From contig OZ245817.1 in NCBI GenBank assembly GCA_965228475.1, forward strand, positions 1,184,001 through 1,248,000: 64,000 bases of DNA, in the 5' to 3' direction. Shown one piece after another: positions 62,437-64,000 of the stretch. This DNA is from Myxococcota bacterium. Lineage in GTDB: Bacteria > Myxococcota_A > UBA9160 > JAFDDA01. Numbering within the stretch: position 1 is the first letter of the stretch; every line of letters begins with the position of its first letter. The translations under genes and the position numbers were made by a program. The notes below the pieces were generated by a model, which was not told the origin of the DNA, searched no databases, and was given only the letters and a program-made list of their open reading frames with translations.

Positions 62437-64000
62437 TCACGAACTCTCTCCGAGCATCGCGTCGATCCGTTCCCGGATCTCGCCGACCTTGAACGGCTGG
62501 CCCGAGACCTTGGTCAGGGAGTCGGCGGGCGCGAGGAACTCCGAGCGCAGGAGCTGCGAGAGCTGCCCGAGGTTCAGCTCCGGCACGAGGATGCGCTCGA
62601 AGTTGCCGAGCAGCTCGCCGAGGTTGCTCGGGAAGGGGTTCATGTGGCGCAGGTGCAGGTTCGAGACCGGGAGCCCCGCCTCGCGCGCGTTCTCGCAGGC
62701 CTCGGTGATGGCCCCGTGCGTACCGCCCCAGCCGACCACGAGGAGCTTCCCGCGCGGCGGTCCGGTGACCTCCGCCTCCGGCAGGTTGCGGGCGATCCGC
62801 GCGATCTTCTCGGCCCGCAGCCGCACCATCGTGTCGTGGTTCGCCGGGTCGTAGGAGACGTGGCCCGTGCGGTCGGCCTTCTCGAGCCCGCCGACGCGGT
62901 GCTCGAGGCCCGGCGTCCCGGGAACCGCCCAGGGGCGCGCCAGGGTCTCCGGGTCGCGGTCGTAGGGAAGGAAGGCGTCCGGGTCGCCCTCGGCGTAGTG
63001 CACCTCGCCGCGCAGGAGCGTGTCGACGTCGGGCACCGGCCAGGGCTCGGAGCTCGTCGCGAGGTAGCCGTCCGAGAGCATCACCACCGGCGTCATGTAC
63101 CGGACCGCCATCTGGAAGGCTTCGAGCACGGTGTAGAAGCAATCGCCCGGCGTCGAGGCGGCGATCACGGGGATCGGGCTGTCACTGTTGCGCCCGTGCA
63201 GGGCCAGCAGGAGGTCCGCCTGCTCAGTCTTGGTCGGCAGGCCCGTCGAGGGGCCGCCGCGCTGGATGTCGACGACCACCAGCGGGAGCTCCGCCATCAC
63301 CGCAAGGCCGAGGGCCTCCTGCTTCAGCACGAAGCCCGGACCGCTCGTCGTCGTGATGCCGAGCTGGCCGACGAAGCTTGCGCCGATCGACGAGCTGATC
63401 GCCGCGATCTCGTCCTCGGCCTGGAAGGTCTTGATGCCGAAGTGCCGGAAGCGCGCGAGCTCGTGGAGCACGTCGCTGGCCGGGGTGATCGGGTAGGCGC
63501 CGAGGAAGATCGGCCGGTCGAAGCGCGAGGCGGCCGCCACGATGCCCCAGGCCACGGCCTGGTTGCCCGTGATGTTGCGGTAGAGGCCGGGCTGGATCTT
63601 CGCGCGCGGCACGACGTAGGAGACGGGGAAGAGCTCCGTGGTCTCCCCGAAGTGGAAGCCCGTCTTCAGCGCGCGGACGTTCGCTTCGCCGACCACGCCG
63701 GGAAAGCGGCCCGTGATCCAGTCGACGGTCGGCTCGATCGGCCGGTCGTAGAGCCAGTACATCAGGCCGAGCGCGAAGAAGTTCTTGCAGCGGTCGGCTT
63801 CACGCGAGCTCAGCTCGAGGTCCTTCAGGGCTTCGCGGTTCAGCTTCGTGACCGGGATCTCGACGACCTTGAAGCGATCGTGCAGCCCTTCGAGCGGGTC
63901 GCCCTCGTAGCCGGCGCGCTCCACGTTGCGCGGCGTGAAGGCGTCGAGGTTCACGATCACCATGCCGCCCGGGCGGACGTCGTCGATGTTCGCGCGCAGG
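62437..64000 (-). CDS. korA: 2-oxoacid:acceptor oxidoreductase alpha subunit (5' end outside window)
   Basis: Motifs YPITPAS, QAEDEIAA, TSGPG and QRGGPSTGLPTK. Confidence 0.92.
   Translation of the reverse strand, partial: LRANIDDVRPGGMVIVNLDAFTPRNVERAGYEGDPLEGLHDRFKVVEIPVTKLNREALKDLELSSREADRCKNFFALGLMYWLYDRPIEPTVDWITGRFPGVVGEANVRALKTGFHFGETTELFPVSYVVPRAKIQPGLYRNITGNQAVAWGIVAAASRFDRPIFLGAYPITPASDVLHELARFRHFGIKTFQAEDEIAAISSSIGASFVGQLGITTTSGPGFVLKQEALGLAVMAELPLVVVDIQRGGPSTGLPTKTEQADLLLALHGRNSDSPIPVIAASTPGDCFYTVLEAFQMAVRYMTPVVMLSDGYLATSSEPWPVPDVDTLLRGEVHYAEGDPDAFLPYDRDPETLARPWAVPGTPGLEHRVGGLEKADRTGHVSYDPANHDTMVRLRAEKIARIARNLPEAEVTGPPRGKLLVVGWGGTHGAITEACENAREAGLPVSNLHLRHMNPFPSNLGELLGNFERILVPELNLGQLSQLLRSEFLAPADSLTKVSGQPFKVGEIRERIDAMLGESS

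Overview
High-GC bacterial chromosomal segment; gene content and protein families suggest a Myxococcota/Deltaproteobacteria-like organism (inference). Positions 1-25.8 kb are an exopolysaccharide locus of the PEP-CTERM/XrtA-associated type. It holds a glycosyltransferase, ATP-grasp ligase, two paralogous sigma54 activators and a sensor kinase, wecB, short Wza plus outer-membrane beta-barrel, co-polymerase, ExeA-like ATPase, BY-kinase, WecA, gmd, two SDRs, ugd, manC, Crp and a TPR lipoprotein, with ligA embedded. Positions 26-41.4 kb are a housekeeping run (TsaP-like LysM, dprA, trmFO, xerC, hslVU, argB, argF, argG). This run is interleaved with an unusual set: an atypical REC-GAF protein, a J-domain/TPR protein, a lidless Cys-rich DnaK and a PAS pseudo-histidine kinase. 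Positions 41.4-47.8 kb hold an ABC1 kinase, DUF1329 with a candidate structured leader RNA, a YCF48-like lipoprotein with an OmpA-like insert, and an acyl-CoA synthetase. Positions 47.9-64 kb hold a diguanylate cyclase, aspS, LysM, glpAB plus a small ferredoxin, mdh-sucCD, a candidate nucleotidyltransferase toxin-antitoxin pair, an amidohydrolase lipoprotein and korBA. No rRNA, tRNA, CRISPR or IS element was recognised. The best non-coding signals are a four-copy GGGAA-N6-TTCCC palindrome array (8918-8994) and a tandem palindrome (5477-5530). All family calls come from motif recognition by eye; no searches were run.
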